Source: an uncultured Bacteroidota bacterium (GTDB taxonomy: Bacteria > Bacteroidota > Bacteroidia > Bacteroidales > UBA12077). Taken from it: a stretch of 64,000 nucleotides of DNA. Below the pieces are notes generated by a model. It did no database searches. It was not told the origin of the DNA and saw only the letters and a program-made list of their open reading frames with translations. Location: positions 96,626 to 160,625 of the forward strand of contig CAJXLK010000001.1 of the NCBI GenBank assembly GCA_913055635.1, in the 5' to 3' direction. Shown here piece after piece: positions 26,441 to 36,300 of this stretch (within the stretch, counting starts at the first letter, position 1; every line of letters begins with the position of its first letter). The position numbers and the translations under genes are program-made.

Positions 26441-28423
26441 CTACTGGCAGTATAATTTAATCACCGTATAGGCCTCTTCCAGGCCGAGCTCTCCGGCCTT
26501 GCTGATGTCGATGCACCCTTTGGTGGATTTTTGCAGGTAGATATAGGTCAATCCGCGGTTAAAGTAAGCCCGGGCAAATTCTTCATCCAGAAAGATGGCT
26601 TTGTCGTAATCCTGGAGGGCTCCCTCGAAATTTTTATTCCGGATTTTGGCGTTGGCCCGGTTGTAGTAAGAGTATACGAAGCGTGGTGCCTGCTGGATGG
26701 ATTTGTTGTAATCGCCGATCACCTTTTTATAGTCGTGGAAGGTCACTTTGCGGCTAACGGGTTCAGCCACCAGGTCGTTATTGAGCTGAATATTCATTTG
26801 GCCGGCATCGTCGCCCATACTTTGGATGTAGTCGACCATTTTGTTGCGGATGTTGCCCCGGATGAAGGGAATCAGGAAATGCTCGGGGCGTAATTTGTGG
26901 GCTTTGGAAAGGTCATCGAGGGCGCTGTTGTAATTTTTGACCCGGACTTTATAGAGGGCTCTTTTGATGTAGAGCATGGTGCTATCGGGCGAGAGGTCAA
27001 TTTGATCGGAGAGGTGCTCGATTTTATCGGTGAAGAAAGTCTCGGAGTGATGGGTGCTGCCCTGGGTGGCAAACCTGAAATCGTCGGTTAAAGATGAAAA
27101 ATTGGTCCTGCCGGGTTGCTCGGGCAAAAAGGGTTTCATTTGGCCTTTCAGGTTTTGTTGGTTGCCGGGTTTGAAATGAAAGGAAAATATTTGTTTGGGT
27201 TCGACCGAGCGGTCGACGTTGCCGAACTGCCGGGGCAGGTTTTGGCTGTTTTGGAGCGAGATGAGCCTTTTGAAGTTTTCGGTGGTATCGGCAAAATTGA
27301 TCTGGTCCAGTTGGTTATTGCGGTAGGATTGGGTGATTTTCTTGGCTTTTTGCCGGTCCTGTCTGGCCCCGCGGTAATCCTGCAGTTGTTTGCGGGCATA
27401 GGCACGTTGGAGGTAAGCTTTGGCAAAGTTGGGATAAAATTTGATGGCCATGGTAAAATCCCGGATGGCTTTGCCATAAGCGCCCTGTTTCATTCGGACC
27501 AGGCCGCGGTTAAAATAGGTAAGTATATTTTGAGGGTTGTATTTAAGCACCTGGTTGTAATCGCCGATGGCCTCTTCGAGGGCTCCGATTCGTGTTTCCA
27601 GCAGCGCCCGGTTGTAGTAGGCTAGGGCATTGGCCGGATGCTCTCGGATCACCTGATCCAGGTCGTTGAGGGCGGGCTGAATCTGATCCAGCTGATAACG
27701 GGTCATGGCCCGATGAATGCGGGCTTTGGCGTTTTGGGGATCCCGCTTCAGGGCCTGGTTGAAGTTGTTCAAAGCCGGCTGATAATGGTTTTTTTGGTGA
27801 TGGATCCGCCCGCGGGTCACGTAGGCCCGGGTAAAGGATGAATCGGCCCGGAGGGCCCGGGAGAGATCTTTCAGACTGGCAGAGGTGTCATTCAGATTTA
27901 ACTTACTGATGGAACGGTAATAATAAGCCCTTTCCTGTCCGGCTTTCCGGTTTAACGCCTGATTAAAATCGGCAATGGACGCCTGGTATCTTTCCAGGCG
28001 CAATTTGGCAAACCCCCTTTGGATATACAGTTCCGCCTTACCGGTGATGAAATGAAGGGTTTGGTTGAAATCCTCAATGGCCCCGCGGAAGTTATAGAGC
28101 TGGATACGGGTCATACCCCTGTAATAATAGGCTTCTGCTGCATTTCCTTTATATTCAATGGCTTTGGAATAATCCCGCTCAGCCCCGTAGTAATCCTGGA
28201 GGTTGTATTTGGCTATGCCCCGAAGATAATAGGCATCGGCCCGGTGCGGCTGATATTCAAGCACGGTGTTGAACGTGCTGATGGCCCGTGAAAATTTGTA
28301 GTATTGCAGCAACTGGCGCCCCTTTTGCAGGTAATAATCCGTGTTGATCTGACTGACAACTGCAGCGGGCAGCAGAAAGAAAAAAATCAGGGCAGTTATG
28401 CAGGTTTTATGTTTGTAACGCAA
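26441..28423 (-). CDS. Tetratricopeptide-repeat protein with signal peptide (660 aa)
   Basis: More than 12 repeats of the A..YY.RG....L.DY..A..D...A pattern. Confidence 0.85.
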   Translation of the reverse strand: MRYKHKTCITALIFFFLLPAAVVSQINTDYYLQKGRQLLQYYKFSRAISTFNTVLEYQPHRADAYYLRGIAKYNLQDYYGAERDYSKAIEYKGNAAEAYYYRGMTRIQLYNFRGAIEDFNQTLHFITGKAELYIQRGFAKLRLERYQASIADFNQALNRKAGQERAYYYRSISKLNLNDTSASLKDLSRALRADSSFTRAYVTRGRIHHQKNHYQPALNNFNQALKRDPQNAKARIHRAMTRYQLDQIQPALNDLDQVIREHPANALAYYNRALLETRIGALEEAIGDYNQVLKYNPQNILTYFNRGLVRMKQGAYGKAIRDFTMAIKFYPNFAKAYLQRAYARKQLQDYRGARQDRQKAKKITQSYRNNQLDQINFADTTENFKRLISLQNSQNLPRQFGNVDRSVEPKQIFSFHFKPGNQQNLKGQMKPFLPEQPGRTNFSSLTDDFRFATQGSTHHSETFFTDKIEHLSDQIDLSPDSTMLYIKRALYKVRVKNYNSALDDLSKAHKLRPEHFLIPFIRGNIRNKMVDYIQSMGDDAGQMNIQLNNDLVAEPVSRKVTFHDYKKVIGDYNKSIQQAPRFVYSYYNRANAKIRNKNFEGALQDYDKAIFLDEEFARAYFNRGLTYIYLQKSTKGCIDISKAGELGLEEAYTVIKLYCQ

Positions 28424-28437
28424 GCGCGGGCTGGTAT

Positions 28438-28899
28438 TTATTGATAAATCAATTGAATGATCCGGGCGAGTTGTTCCCGGTCAATATCATCAAAAGCATT
28501 CAGCTGACTGCTATCGATATCAAGCACCCCGATGATTTGGCTTTCATTGTTGCGGATGGGCAGGACGATTTCCGACTGGCTTCGGGCATCGCAGGCAATG
28601 TGACCGGGAAATTTTTCTACATCGGGCACCACCACAGGTACCTGGCGGTTAATCCCGGCCCAGCAAACACCCTGGTTGTCTTCCAGCTCCTGGCAGGCCA
28701 CCGGCCCCTGATAAGGACCTACTTTGAGTTTGCCGCCTTTCAGAAAATAGTAACCCGTCCAGAAATAGTGGTCCATCTTATGGTGAAGCACCGCAATGAT
28801 GGTGGACATGCGAGAAAGCTCATCATCGCTTTTGGGCATCAGTTCACTGAGTTGCTGGTAAATCCTTTCGTAACGGTTTTTCTTTTTGGTCTGGTCCAT
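28438..28899 (-). CDS. GAF-domain protein of the free methionine-(R)-sulfoxide reductase (YebR/MsrC) type
   Basis: GPYQGPVACQEL...GVCWAG...VPDVEKFPGHIACDARSQSEIVLPI...IGVLDIDS. Confidence 0.75.
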   Translation of the reverse strand: MDQTKKKNRYERIYQQLSELMPKSDDELSRMSTIIAVLHHKMDHYFWTGYYFLKGGKLKVGPYQGPVACQELEDNQGVCWAGINRQVPVVVPDVEKFPGHIACDARSQSEIVLPIRNNESQIIGVLDIDSSQLNAFDDIDREQLARIIQLIYQ

Positions 28900-29128
28900 G
28901 GTCACGCTTTTTGCTTTTCCAACAATCCCTCGGGGATAAAAGTTAAATGGAAAGGACAAAACTAAATAAATTTTTTCTCTTTGCGGGTTTGTTTATCTTT
29001 GCGCTCGTTTTCCCTGGTATGGCTCTGATGGGTGTGAAGGAATAATGGATGCGGTTCCCGGGACTCTAAGACGGTGGCAACAGATTGAGCAGGGTTTATT
29101 GGGGAACCCCATTTTTGGCATTTTTAAG

Positions 29129-30427
29129 ATGATCAATAAGCTGGTAGGAAATATCAAGGCTTCAGAGACCGGCACATTTCGTCTGCACCTGGGTTATTCG
29201 GTGATAGACGGGATGATGCGGGGGGCCTTGATTATGAATGAGTTTGTATTCATCAAAAGCCTTAAAGGCACCAGTTACCAGTTGGGAGTATTGTTCCAGT
29301 TTACGGTTATTGTGCTGATCTTTTCGGTCTTTTTCAATGAAATGCTGCGCCGTTCTGCTGACAAAAAAAGGTTGTTGCGCCGGGCTGCCGTGATCACCCA
29401 TGCGCCATTGTTGCTGCTGATCATTTTTCCGGCCGATCCGGTGAATCTCCCTGCTCAGTCGCTTTACCATTACCTGTTTTTGATCATTTTCCTGGTTTAT
29501 CACCTGGCCCGCCCCCTGGTCTTTCCCACCATCAACCTGTTGCTTAAAAACAATTACCGCCTGGAGGTTTTCGGCTCCCTCTTTGGTGTGGCCACCTCGG
29601 TGAATAAGGTGATGATGTTGCTAACCACCTTCTTTTACGGGCTGCTGCTGGATTACGACCATTATGCTTTTGTCTATGTTTTCCCGGTTCTGGGAATACT
29701 GGGGGCCTTTTCCATTTATTTGCTCTCGAGGATCCCTTATGAGGAAAAGCAACCCCCCCGGTTGAAGCAGTCATTTTTGGATTCGGTGAAAAGTTCTTTG
29801 CGGAACCTTTTGAACATCCTGCGATTCAATGCCCCCTACCGGGATTATGAGATTGGGTTTATGTTTTACGGCTTTGCCTTTATGAGCACCAAAGCGGTGA
29901 TCACCCTTTTTTATAAGGAGCAGTTGGATCTGAATTATTCCAGCGTGGCCTTTTACCAGAATGGCTTCAACGTACTGGCCATCATACTTTTGCCGGTTTT
30001 TGGAAAGGTCCTTGGCCGGACCGATCCCCGGAAATTTGTCATGCTCACCTATTCATCGCTGGCCCTCTACCTTTTTTTTATAGGTTTTACCCAATACTTT
30101 CCCTACCATACTGTTTTTTGGGAGATTGAGCTCTATTATTTTCTGCTTTTGGCCATTGTCTTTAAAGGGATATTTGTTGCCACAATGCCCCTGGCCTGGA
30201 GCATCGGGTCTTCCTACTTTTGTTCCAGTCAAGAGGCCGGCGATTATCAGTCGGTCCACCTTACCCTGACCGGTGTGCGGGCCATCTTTGCCCCGCTGAT
30301 CGGAGTGATGTTCTATGAGCTGATCCACTTCTCCGGAACCTTCGCCATTGCCATTTTTGCATTGATCGGTGCAATAACCCTTATGCTCTGGTCCTATAAG
30401 CATCGAAAGATTGAGCAAATCACTTAA
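29129..30427 (+). CDS. Polytopic membrane transporter, MFS-like (about 12 helices)
   Basis: Hydrophobicity pattern only. No signature motif confidently read. Confidence 0.5.
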   Translation: MINKLVGNIKASETGTFRLHLGYSVIDGMMRGALIMNEFVFIKSLKGTSYQLGVLFQFTVIVLIFSVFFNEMLRRSADKKRLLRRAAVITHAPLLLLIIFPADPVNLPAQSLYHYLFLIIFLVYHLARPLVFPTINLLLKNNYRLEVFGSLFGVATSVNKVMMLLTTFFYGLLLDYDHYAFVYVFPVLGILGAFSIYLLSRIPYEEKQPPRLKQSFLDSVKSSLRNLLNILRFNAPYRDYEIGFMFYGFAFMSTKAVITLFYKEQLDLNYSSVAFYQNGFNVLAIILLPVFGKVLGRTDPRKFVMLTYSSLALYLFFIGFTQYFPYHTVFWEIELYYFLLLAIVFKGIFVATMPLAWSIGSSYFCSSQEAGDYQSVHLTLTGVRAIFAPLIGVMFYELIHFSGTFAIAIFALIGAITLMLWSYKHRKIEQIT

Positions 30428-30591
30428 AATTTCTGGCTAATCACCCTTCCCTTTTGTTGGATCCTTTTTAACATTCATGCAAAGATATCATACGATCATC
30501 AAAAAAAGATCAACGATAAATAAATGTGCTTGTATAAAGTATAGACAATTTCATACATTTGTTGTTAGGGTCTTTTATATAATTCAAATCT

Positions 30592-31020
30592 ATGTCAAGC
30601 AATCCAAAATCGGAGTTCGAATCCACCAACACCAACAAACAGGCAGTCCGTCTGGAAATAGAAGCCACCAACAGGACGCCGGAGATTAAAATGGATGGAT
30701 CAAAAGGCCTCATCTCCATTAAAGGTGTTTCCATGCCAGCCAATGTCAATCAGTTTTATAGCCCGCTTTTGGAGCGGTTGGATCAGTACATGGCCAATCC
30801 CAAAGAGGACACCCGTGTGGTGTTTGATTTGGAATACGTCAATTCATCATCCTCGCAGATGATCCTGGCTATATTGTTCAAGCTCAAAACATTGGTTGAT
30901 AAGGGAAACAACCTGAAAATTGATTGGCATTATGTGGTGGAAGATGAAGACATTTATGAGACCGGAAAATCTTACTCTGAACTTTCGGGCATTACTTTTA
31001 ATTTTCATGAGCGTGAATAG
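30592..31020 (+). CDS. SiaC-like DUF1987 protein, paralogue A (142 aa)
   Basis: TPEIKMDGSKGLISIKGVSMPANVNQFY...DLEYVNSSSSQM...IDWHYVVEDEDI. Confidence 0.75.
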   Translation: MSSNPKSEFESTNTNKQAVRLEIEATNRTPEIKMDGSKGLISIKGVSMPANVNQFYSPLLERLDQYMANPKEDTRVVFDLEYVNSSSSQMILAILFKLKTLVDKGNNLKIDWHYVVEDEDIYETGKSYSELSGITFNFHERE

Positions 31021-31029
31021 GAGGAATTT

Positions 31030-31476
31030 ATGAGTGAAACGAACCATATCGGTTTGAAAAGACTGTATGAGCAGATCCGCGAAATACCAGGCAAAGATCG
31101 GGTAGAGATACCGCGGACCGAACGCACCCCCGAGATTGTATTGGATCGCTCGGGAGAAGAGGGCCGCATCAAATTTTTGGGGCGGTCCCTGCCGGATGAT
31201 GCCCGCAATTTTTACCGGCCTATACTAACCTGGATCGATGATTATTTTAAGAGTCCACTGGATTCGACAGTGATCAGTTTCGATCTGGAATATTTTAACA
31301 CCTCTTCTTCCAAAATGCTGCTGCAGATCATCCGTAAATTCCAAAAGCTGGAGGAGCAGAATAAGAACCTGAAAGTAGAATGGTATTACCTGGAAGATGA
31401 TGAAGACATTCTGGAATCGGGTGAAACTTTCCAGGATCTGACCAATATTGAATTTGATTTTATCAGTTATCAGTAA
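31030..31476 (+). CDS. SiaC-like DUF1987 protein, paralogue B (148 aa)
   Basis: TPEIVLD...IKFLGRSLPDDARNFY...DLEYFNTSSSKM...VEWYYLEDDEDI. Confidence 0.75.
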   Translation: MSETNHIGLKRLYEQIREIPGKDRVEIPRTERTPEIVLDRSGEEGRIKFLGRSLPDDARNFYRPILTWIDDYFKSPLDSTVISFDLEYFNTSSSKMLLQIIRKFQKLEEQNKNLKVEWYYLEDDEDILESGETFQDLTNIEFDFISYQ

Positions 31477-31497
31477 AAATATTTTAAAGGAACAACT

Positions 31498-31929
31498 ATG
31501 GGAATGCTAGCCACCAAAGAGATTATCAAAGAAGTCAATGATGCGGTAAACAAGGAAGAAGTTTCCATACAGGGGACAGCAGAAACACCTGAGATCAAGC
31601 TTGATGCCAACAATGGGGAGGTTAAGTTTTCGGGCCGGTCCATGCCGGAAGATGCCAAAAGCTTCTATGCACCTCTCAAGCAATGGTTGGAGGACTACAG
31701 CCAGAATCCCCGCCAGGGCACCCTGGTGACCTTTGCCTATGAGTATTTCAACACGGCATCCTCTAAAATGATCATGGAATTGATCGAGCGGGTGAAGATG
31801 ATTCAGGAGAACGATCCGGAGTTAAGGGTTGAGTGGCATTATCTGGAGGATGATGACGACATGCTGGAAGCCGGCGAAGATTACGCCGACATCACCGGCG
31901 TAGATTTTGAATTTCATAGTTACGAATGA
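31498..31929 (+). CDS. SiaC-like DUF1987 protein, paralogue C (143 aa)
   Basis: TPEIKLDANNGEVKFSGRSMPEDAKSFY...YEYFNTASSKM...VEWHYLEDDDDM. Confidence 0.75.
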   Translation: MGMLATKEIIKEVNDAVNKEEVSIQGTAETPEIKLDANNGEVKFSGRSMPEDAKSFYAPLKQWLEDYSQNPRQGTLVTFAYEYFNTASSKMIMELIERVKMIQENDPELRVEWHYLEDDDDMLEAGEDYADITGVDFEFHSYE

Positions 31930-33166
31930 TCAGCGGCCTGCCTTTTCGATATAGTCTTTTTTCTATCTTCTTTCCTTTTTGCCCGTTGTAGAACCATACC
32001 GGTCCATCGGGCAAATTTTTTCGATGCATCATGATGCGCTGCAAGTTGCCTTTGCGGTTACAATAATGCCAGGGACCTTCTTTCAGGTCGTTCCAGTAAT
32101 GGCCGTAGGATTTGATGTGGCCGGAAGGGTGAAAAAATTTCCAGAAACCGGTGGCTTCTCCTTCCTTATATTGGCCTAACTGTTTGATGCGGCCGTTGGG
32201 GTGGTATATTTTCCAGTAGCCGGTGTATTTTCCTCTCAGATACTGCCCTTTTGCGTGGAGGGTGCCATTGGGGTAGTAGGTTTTCCAGGGTCCTGTTTTT
32301 TTGCCTTGCTGCGAATACCGGCCCTTTTCCTTGAGGTTGCCATTGGGATAGAAGGTTTGGTAGGGGCCGGTGATCTTTCCCTGGTTATAACTGCAGCGGA
32401 TCATGATGTGGCCGTTGGGGTGGTAACCTTTGAAGGGGCCATGGAGTTGGCCCTTTTTATAAAGGCAGATTCGCTGCAGGTGGCCGGTTTTTTTATAATA
32501 CACCCTGAGGGTATCGCTAAAACTGCCATTGATTTTGGTTCCCCGGTAATTCAGGCTGCCGTCGTCGTAATACTGTTTCCAGGTGCCATGGGGTTGGCCT
32601 TGTTGGGCCTGGTATTTTCGGTAACGGGTGCCATCGGGGTACCAGACCTTTACCCAGCCCTTCTGGATGCCATTGTGATAGTGGGAGAGGGATTCGAGGG
32701 TATCGTCCTTGTAGAAGGTTTTAAAGGAACCCTCCAGTTGGCCGTTCTGGTAGCGGCCTTTTTGTTTGATGTGGCCGTTTTTGTAGTAAACCTTGTAAGG
32801 CCCGTGGCGTCTGCCCTTTTCAAAGGTCAGTTTTTTCTTGAGTTCACCTGTTGGATAATACAGGTGCCAGAGGCTGTCGGTGCGGCCCTGGCGGAAGAAT
32901 CCGCGCTGGCCAGGGCGGCCGTTGGGATGGTAGTATCGGTAGGGGCCATCTTTGATCGTATCGCCGGAGGTGATTTGCAGGGTAAAGACTTCCTTGAGGT
33001 GGCCGTTGGGGTAATATCTTTTAAGCGAGTCGGTTTTCTGAGCCAGGCAGGCACAGGTTGCCCCATAAACACCCAACAGCAGCAGCGTTAAAAGGATTCG
33101 CGCCGGTATTTGCTTATTCGACTTCAATGGTAATCTGAGTCCCCTCCAATGCTTGACTGCTTCCAT
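31892..33166 (-). CDS. MORN-repeat-variant (YwqK-like) repeat protein with signal peptide
   Basis: More than 12 repeats of the Y(Y/H)PNG.(L/I)K..G.Y..G...G.W pattern. The 3' end overlaps paralogue C by 38 nt (convergent). Confidence 0.8.
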   Translation of the reverse strand: MEAVKHWRGLRLPLKSNKQIPARILLTLLLLGVYGATCACLAQKTDSLKRYYPNGHLKEVFTLQITSGDTIKDGPYRYYHPNGRPGQRGFFRQGRTDSLWHLYYPTGELKKKLTFEKGRRHGPYKVYYKNGHIKQKGRYQNGQLEGSFKTFYKDDTLESLSHYHNGIQKGWVKVWYPDGTRYRKYQAQQGQPHGTWKQYYDDGSLNYRGTKINGSFSDTLRVYYKKTGHLQRICLYKKGQLHGPFKGYHPNGHIMIRCSYNQGKITGPYQTFYPNGNLKEKGRYSQQGKKTGPWKTYYPNGTLHAKGQYLRGKYTGYWKIYHPNGRIKQLGQYKEGEATGFWKFFHPSGHIKSYGHYWNDLKEGPWHYCNRKGNLQRIMMHRKNLPDGPVWFYNGQKGKKIEKRLYRKGRPLIIRNYEIQNLRR

Positions 33167-33917
33167 AATCCAAAATGGCCGAAAGGGAATAGTTGCCCGG
33201 TTTAAGTTTATGGGCCGGCAGGGTCAATTCAACATTGCGCGTAGATTGGGGGTAAGCGGTTATTTCAACCGGTTCATATTTTTTTTCCTTAAGGGTTTTC
33301 ATATGGGAGGCAATAAGGTATATTTCACATTTAGTCATGGTGTTACCCAGGTTATCGATGTTCACGTTGAACTTTCTCAGCGAATCGGCGGATTGGGTAA
33401 GTTCCCTCAGGTTGCTTATTTGAACCCTTGTGCTGGTTTGGTTGCGTGGTGTGTAGGAGAGTTCGACGCTGATGCGGCCATACAGGTTAAGGCCTGCGCT
33501 TAATTCCTTGTCCGCCGCCAGGGAAGTTTGTTCCTTGGCTGAGGTGACGTTAAGAATGCCCCATTTTGAGGTAAAATCATCATTGGGAGCCTGCAGGGTA
33601 ACTTCAACGCTTTGGGCCTGATTCGGATTGAGTTCCAGATAGGAAGGATTCAGGGTAATCCATTCGGCAATTGAATTTTTAGAAGCCCCGGGACTCAAAA
33701 TTTTTCGATCTCCATCTTTATATACCAAATAATCTTTTAAGGATAAAACCAGAGAGGCCTTTTGGTTGCCATGATTTTTAACCGATATCATTTTGGTCTG
33801 GGTTTCCCCGGGGTTGGCAGTAAAATTGAGTTTGATCGGAGCCACCTCAAAACTCTGGGCCATGGTATATAAACTGGCTAAAACCATAACCAGGCTGAAA
33901 AATAACTGCTTGCTCAT
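33114..33917 (-). CDS. Secreted two-domain Ig/beta-sandwich-like protein; PapD-chaperone-like pattern (tentative)
   Basis: Signal peptide MSKQLFFSLVMVLASLYTMAQ. FEVAPIKLNFTANPGETQTKMISVKNHGNQ and WITLNPSYLELNPNQAQSVEVTLQAP resemble periplasmic chaperone / NEW3-type Ig strands. Confidence 0.4.
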   Translation of the reverse strand: MSKQLFFSLVMVLASLYTMAQSFEVAPIKLNFTANPGETQTKMISVKNHGNQKASLVLSLKDYLVYKDGDRKILSPGASKNSIAEWITLNPSYLELNPNQAQSVEVTLQAPNDDFTSKWGILNVTSAKEQTSLAADKELSAGLNLYGRISVELSYTPRNQTSTRVQISNLRELTQSADSLRKFNVNIDNLGNTMTKCEIYLIASHMKTLKEKKYEPVEITAYPQSTRNVELTLPAHKLKPGNYSLSAILDYGSSQALEGTQITIEVE

Positions 33918-34040
33918 CTTTTATTTTGCTTTGATGGATTTACAAATATATAAATTTAATCATCGGATTCTAATGTGTCGATTAAAATAAGTCAAAGTCA
34001 ATGACTAATTGATCACAAAATTAAAAAGATTGATGTAAAA

Positions 34041-36095
34041 ATGTATCCAATAATGCTATTTAGCAGTATAATTATAGGATTTTTATTAGTTTTATCCTTA
34101 AAAGAATTGGTTTTGAACAGACAGAATAACATCAAACTACTTTTAACCCTGGCTGTGGTGCTGCTGGCTCAAAATGTGCTGGCTCAAAATATTAAGCCAT
34201 TGAACCAAGAACAACAGCAAAGGGTAGAAAAACTTCAGGAAATCATAGAGTATTCAAAAAATCGCGGGGAATGGAAAGATGCGATTTCTTCCCTGAACAA
34301 GATTGCTTTTCTTTATTGGGATAATGGCAATACCAGCAAAGCGGTTGAATATTTCGAAAGGGCTGTTCCATTGAATCAAAAAATTGGGAACAAGGAGAAC
34401 ATAAAGACGATATACAGCAATATTGGGTTGATATACACCGACATGGAAGAACTTGATCCGGCGTTGAATTATTTCCGGAAAAGTCTAAAGGTACGTCGGG
34501 AGTTGGGCAACAGCAAGGAGATCGCTTCAGGTTTAATTGATGTTGCCTATATTATGGGATTAAAGGGGAACTATCGCCAAGCCAATAAGCGCCTGGATGA
34601 AGCCCTGAAGATTGCCCTGGAAAATGAATATGGGCGTATGACGGTAAACATTTATAATCAGTTGGCCAAGAATTATGAAAAGATTGGAAACATTAAAAAA
34701 TCCAATGAATATAAGAAGAAGTATGCCTCCTACCAGGAACACCTGGAGACCCAGTCAATGAAACAGGAATACCAGGAGCAGCAGGAGCAGAGTGAGGCCA
34801 AGCTGCGCAAGGCCAGGTTAAAGCGTCAGAAGGAGCAGGCTCAGCACCAATTGGCTCAGCTTCGTTATGAACGCCGTCAGGATTCTATACAGGAGGTGGT
34901 CCAGGAGAAGCAGGATTCATTGACACGGGCTAGGCGGCTGGATAGTCTCAAGCAGCTGAGGATCAATCAGCAGGAACAGAAGATGGAATTGCAGGAGGCA
35001 CGTCTTGAGCGCCAGGAAGCACAACAGCGGGTTCAGCAGATGATCATCTATTCGGTAGCCGGAGGCTTGCTTTTGGGTATTGTACTGTTGGTGGTGATGT
35101 ACCGGAGCAATCGGGCCAGAAAAAAAGCCAATCAGGCTCTGGCCGAAAAGAACCGGGAGATTGAAAAGAAAAGTGAACAGCTTCAGGAAGCGTTCAATAA
35201 AATTGAAGATCAGAATATAAAGATTACCCAAAGCATTACATATGCTCAGGAGATACAGAAAGCCCTCTTTCCGCCTAAGGAAAATCTGACTCATTATATT
35301 CCGGAGTCATTTATTTTTTTCCAGCCAGTGGATTTGGTCAGTGGAGATTTTTATTGGTTCAAAGAATTATCTGAACACAGCGAGATTCGTCAGCAGATGC
35401 ATAAATATGCCCACCAGGAACATGCCGGTGCTATCGATGGAGGTGATGATAAAAATGGCGATGACTATCCACCGACCGACAACAGCAAGTTTGTGGTTTC
35501 AGCAGTAGATTGTACCGGCCATGGCGTACCCGGGGCATTTATGTCGATGATTGGCTATAATTTGCTGGATGAGATCACCCAGAGTGGGGTCTCCCAGCCC
35601 GGTCGGATTCTGCGGGAATTGCATAAGGGCATTCGCCGCACGCTCAAACAGCATGAGACCAATAACCGCGATGGAATGGACCTGTCCCTTTGTGTAGTTG
35701 ACCGACAAGCCAATCGGGTGGACTTTGCCGGGGCTAAAAACCCGCTGGTTTATATTCAGGATGGCGAAGTACATGTTATTAAAGGAAACCGGGTGCCGGT
35801 AGGGGGCATGCAGAGTGAAAAAGAACGCTATTTCTCCGAATCATCCGTTCAGGTCGATCGCCCCACCTGGTTCTACATTTTTTCCGATGGCTATACCGAC
35901 CAGTTTGGCGGGCCTAAAAATCGGAAATATCTATTGAAAAACCTTAAACAACTTTTACTCGATATTCATCAAAAACCGATGGAAGAACAAGAGCAGATGC
36001 TCTCGCAGAGCCTGAATAATTGGATGGGAGATCGCGAAAATCAAATCGACGACGTCCTGGTCATTGGTTTCAAACTCGAGCCATCTGTGTTTTAG
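34041..36095 (+). CDS. TPR - coiled coil - TM - PP2C/SpoIIE serine phosphatase (684 aa)
   Basis: N-terminal TM segment, then TPR-like repeats (YSNIGLIY...AL.YF.KSL), a Q/E-rich coiled coil, a TM helix IIYSVAGGLLLGIVLLVVMY, and PP2C motifs SGDFYWF, DCTGHGVPGAFMSMIG and FSDGYTDQFGG. Confidence 0.85.
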   Translation: MYPIMLFSSIIIGFLLVLSLKELVLNRQNNIKLLLTLAVVLLAQNVLAQNIKPLNQEQQQRVEKLQEIIEYSKNRGEWKDAISSLNKIAFLYWDNGNTSKAVEYFERAVPLNQKIGNKENIKTIYSNIGLIYTDMEELDPALNYFRKSLKVRRELGNSKEIASGLIDVAYIMGLKGNYRQANKRLDEALKIALENEYGRMTVNIYNQLAKNYEKIGNIKKSNEYKKKYASYQEHLETQSMKQEYQEQQEQSEAKLRKARLKRQKEQAQHQLAQLRYERRQDSIQEVVQEKQDSLTRARRLDSLKQLRINQQEQKMELQEARLERQEAQQRVQQMIIYSVAGGLLLGIVLLVVMYRSNRARKKANQALAEKNREIEKKSEQLQEAFNKIEDQNIKITQSITYAQEIQKALFPPKENLTHYIPESFIFFQPVDLVSGDFYWFKELSEHSEIRQQMHKYAHQEHAGAIDGGDDKNGDDYPPTDNSKFVVSAVDCTGHGVPGAFMSMIGYNLLDEITQSGVSQPGRILRELHKGIRRTLKQHETNNRDGMDLSLCVVDRQANRVDFAGAKNPLVYIQDGEVHVIKGNRVPVGGMQSEKERYFSESSVQVDRPTWFYIFSDGYTDQFGGPKNRKYLLKNLKQLLLDIHQKPMEEQEQMLSQSLNNWMGDRENQIDDVLVIGFKLEPSVF

Positions 36096-36300
36096 GTTTT
36101 GAAATACAGGAAAATGTAACTTCAGATCAAAACTTTCGTAAATATTTATAGAATAGAAATTTTGACTGAAAAGGGCATGAGACAGATCAACCAGAATAAA
36201 TAGTTGATGGATTGCAGTGCCAGTAGTTTGATATTCAAATATAATTTACTAATTTAGCCACCATTCGGAATTATTAAGCCAATTATAAAATCATCGTCCT

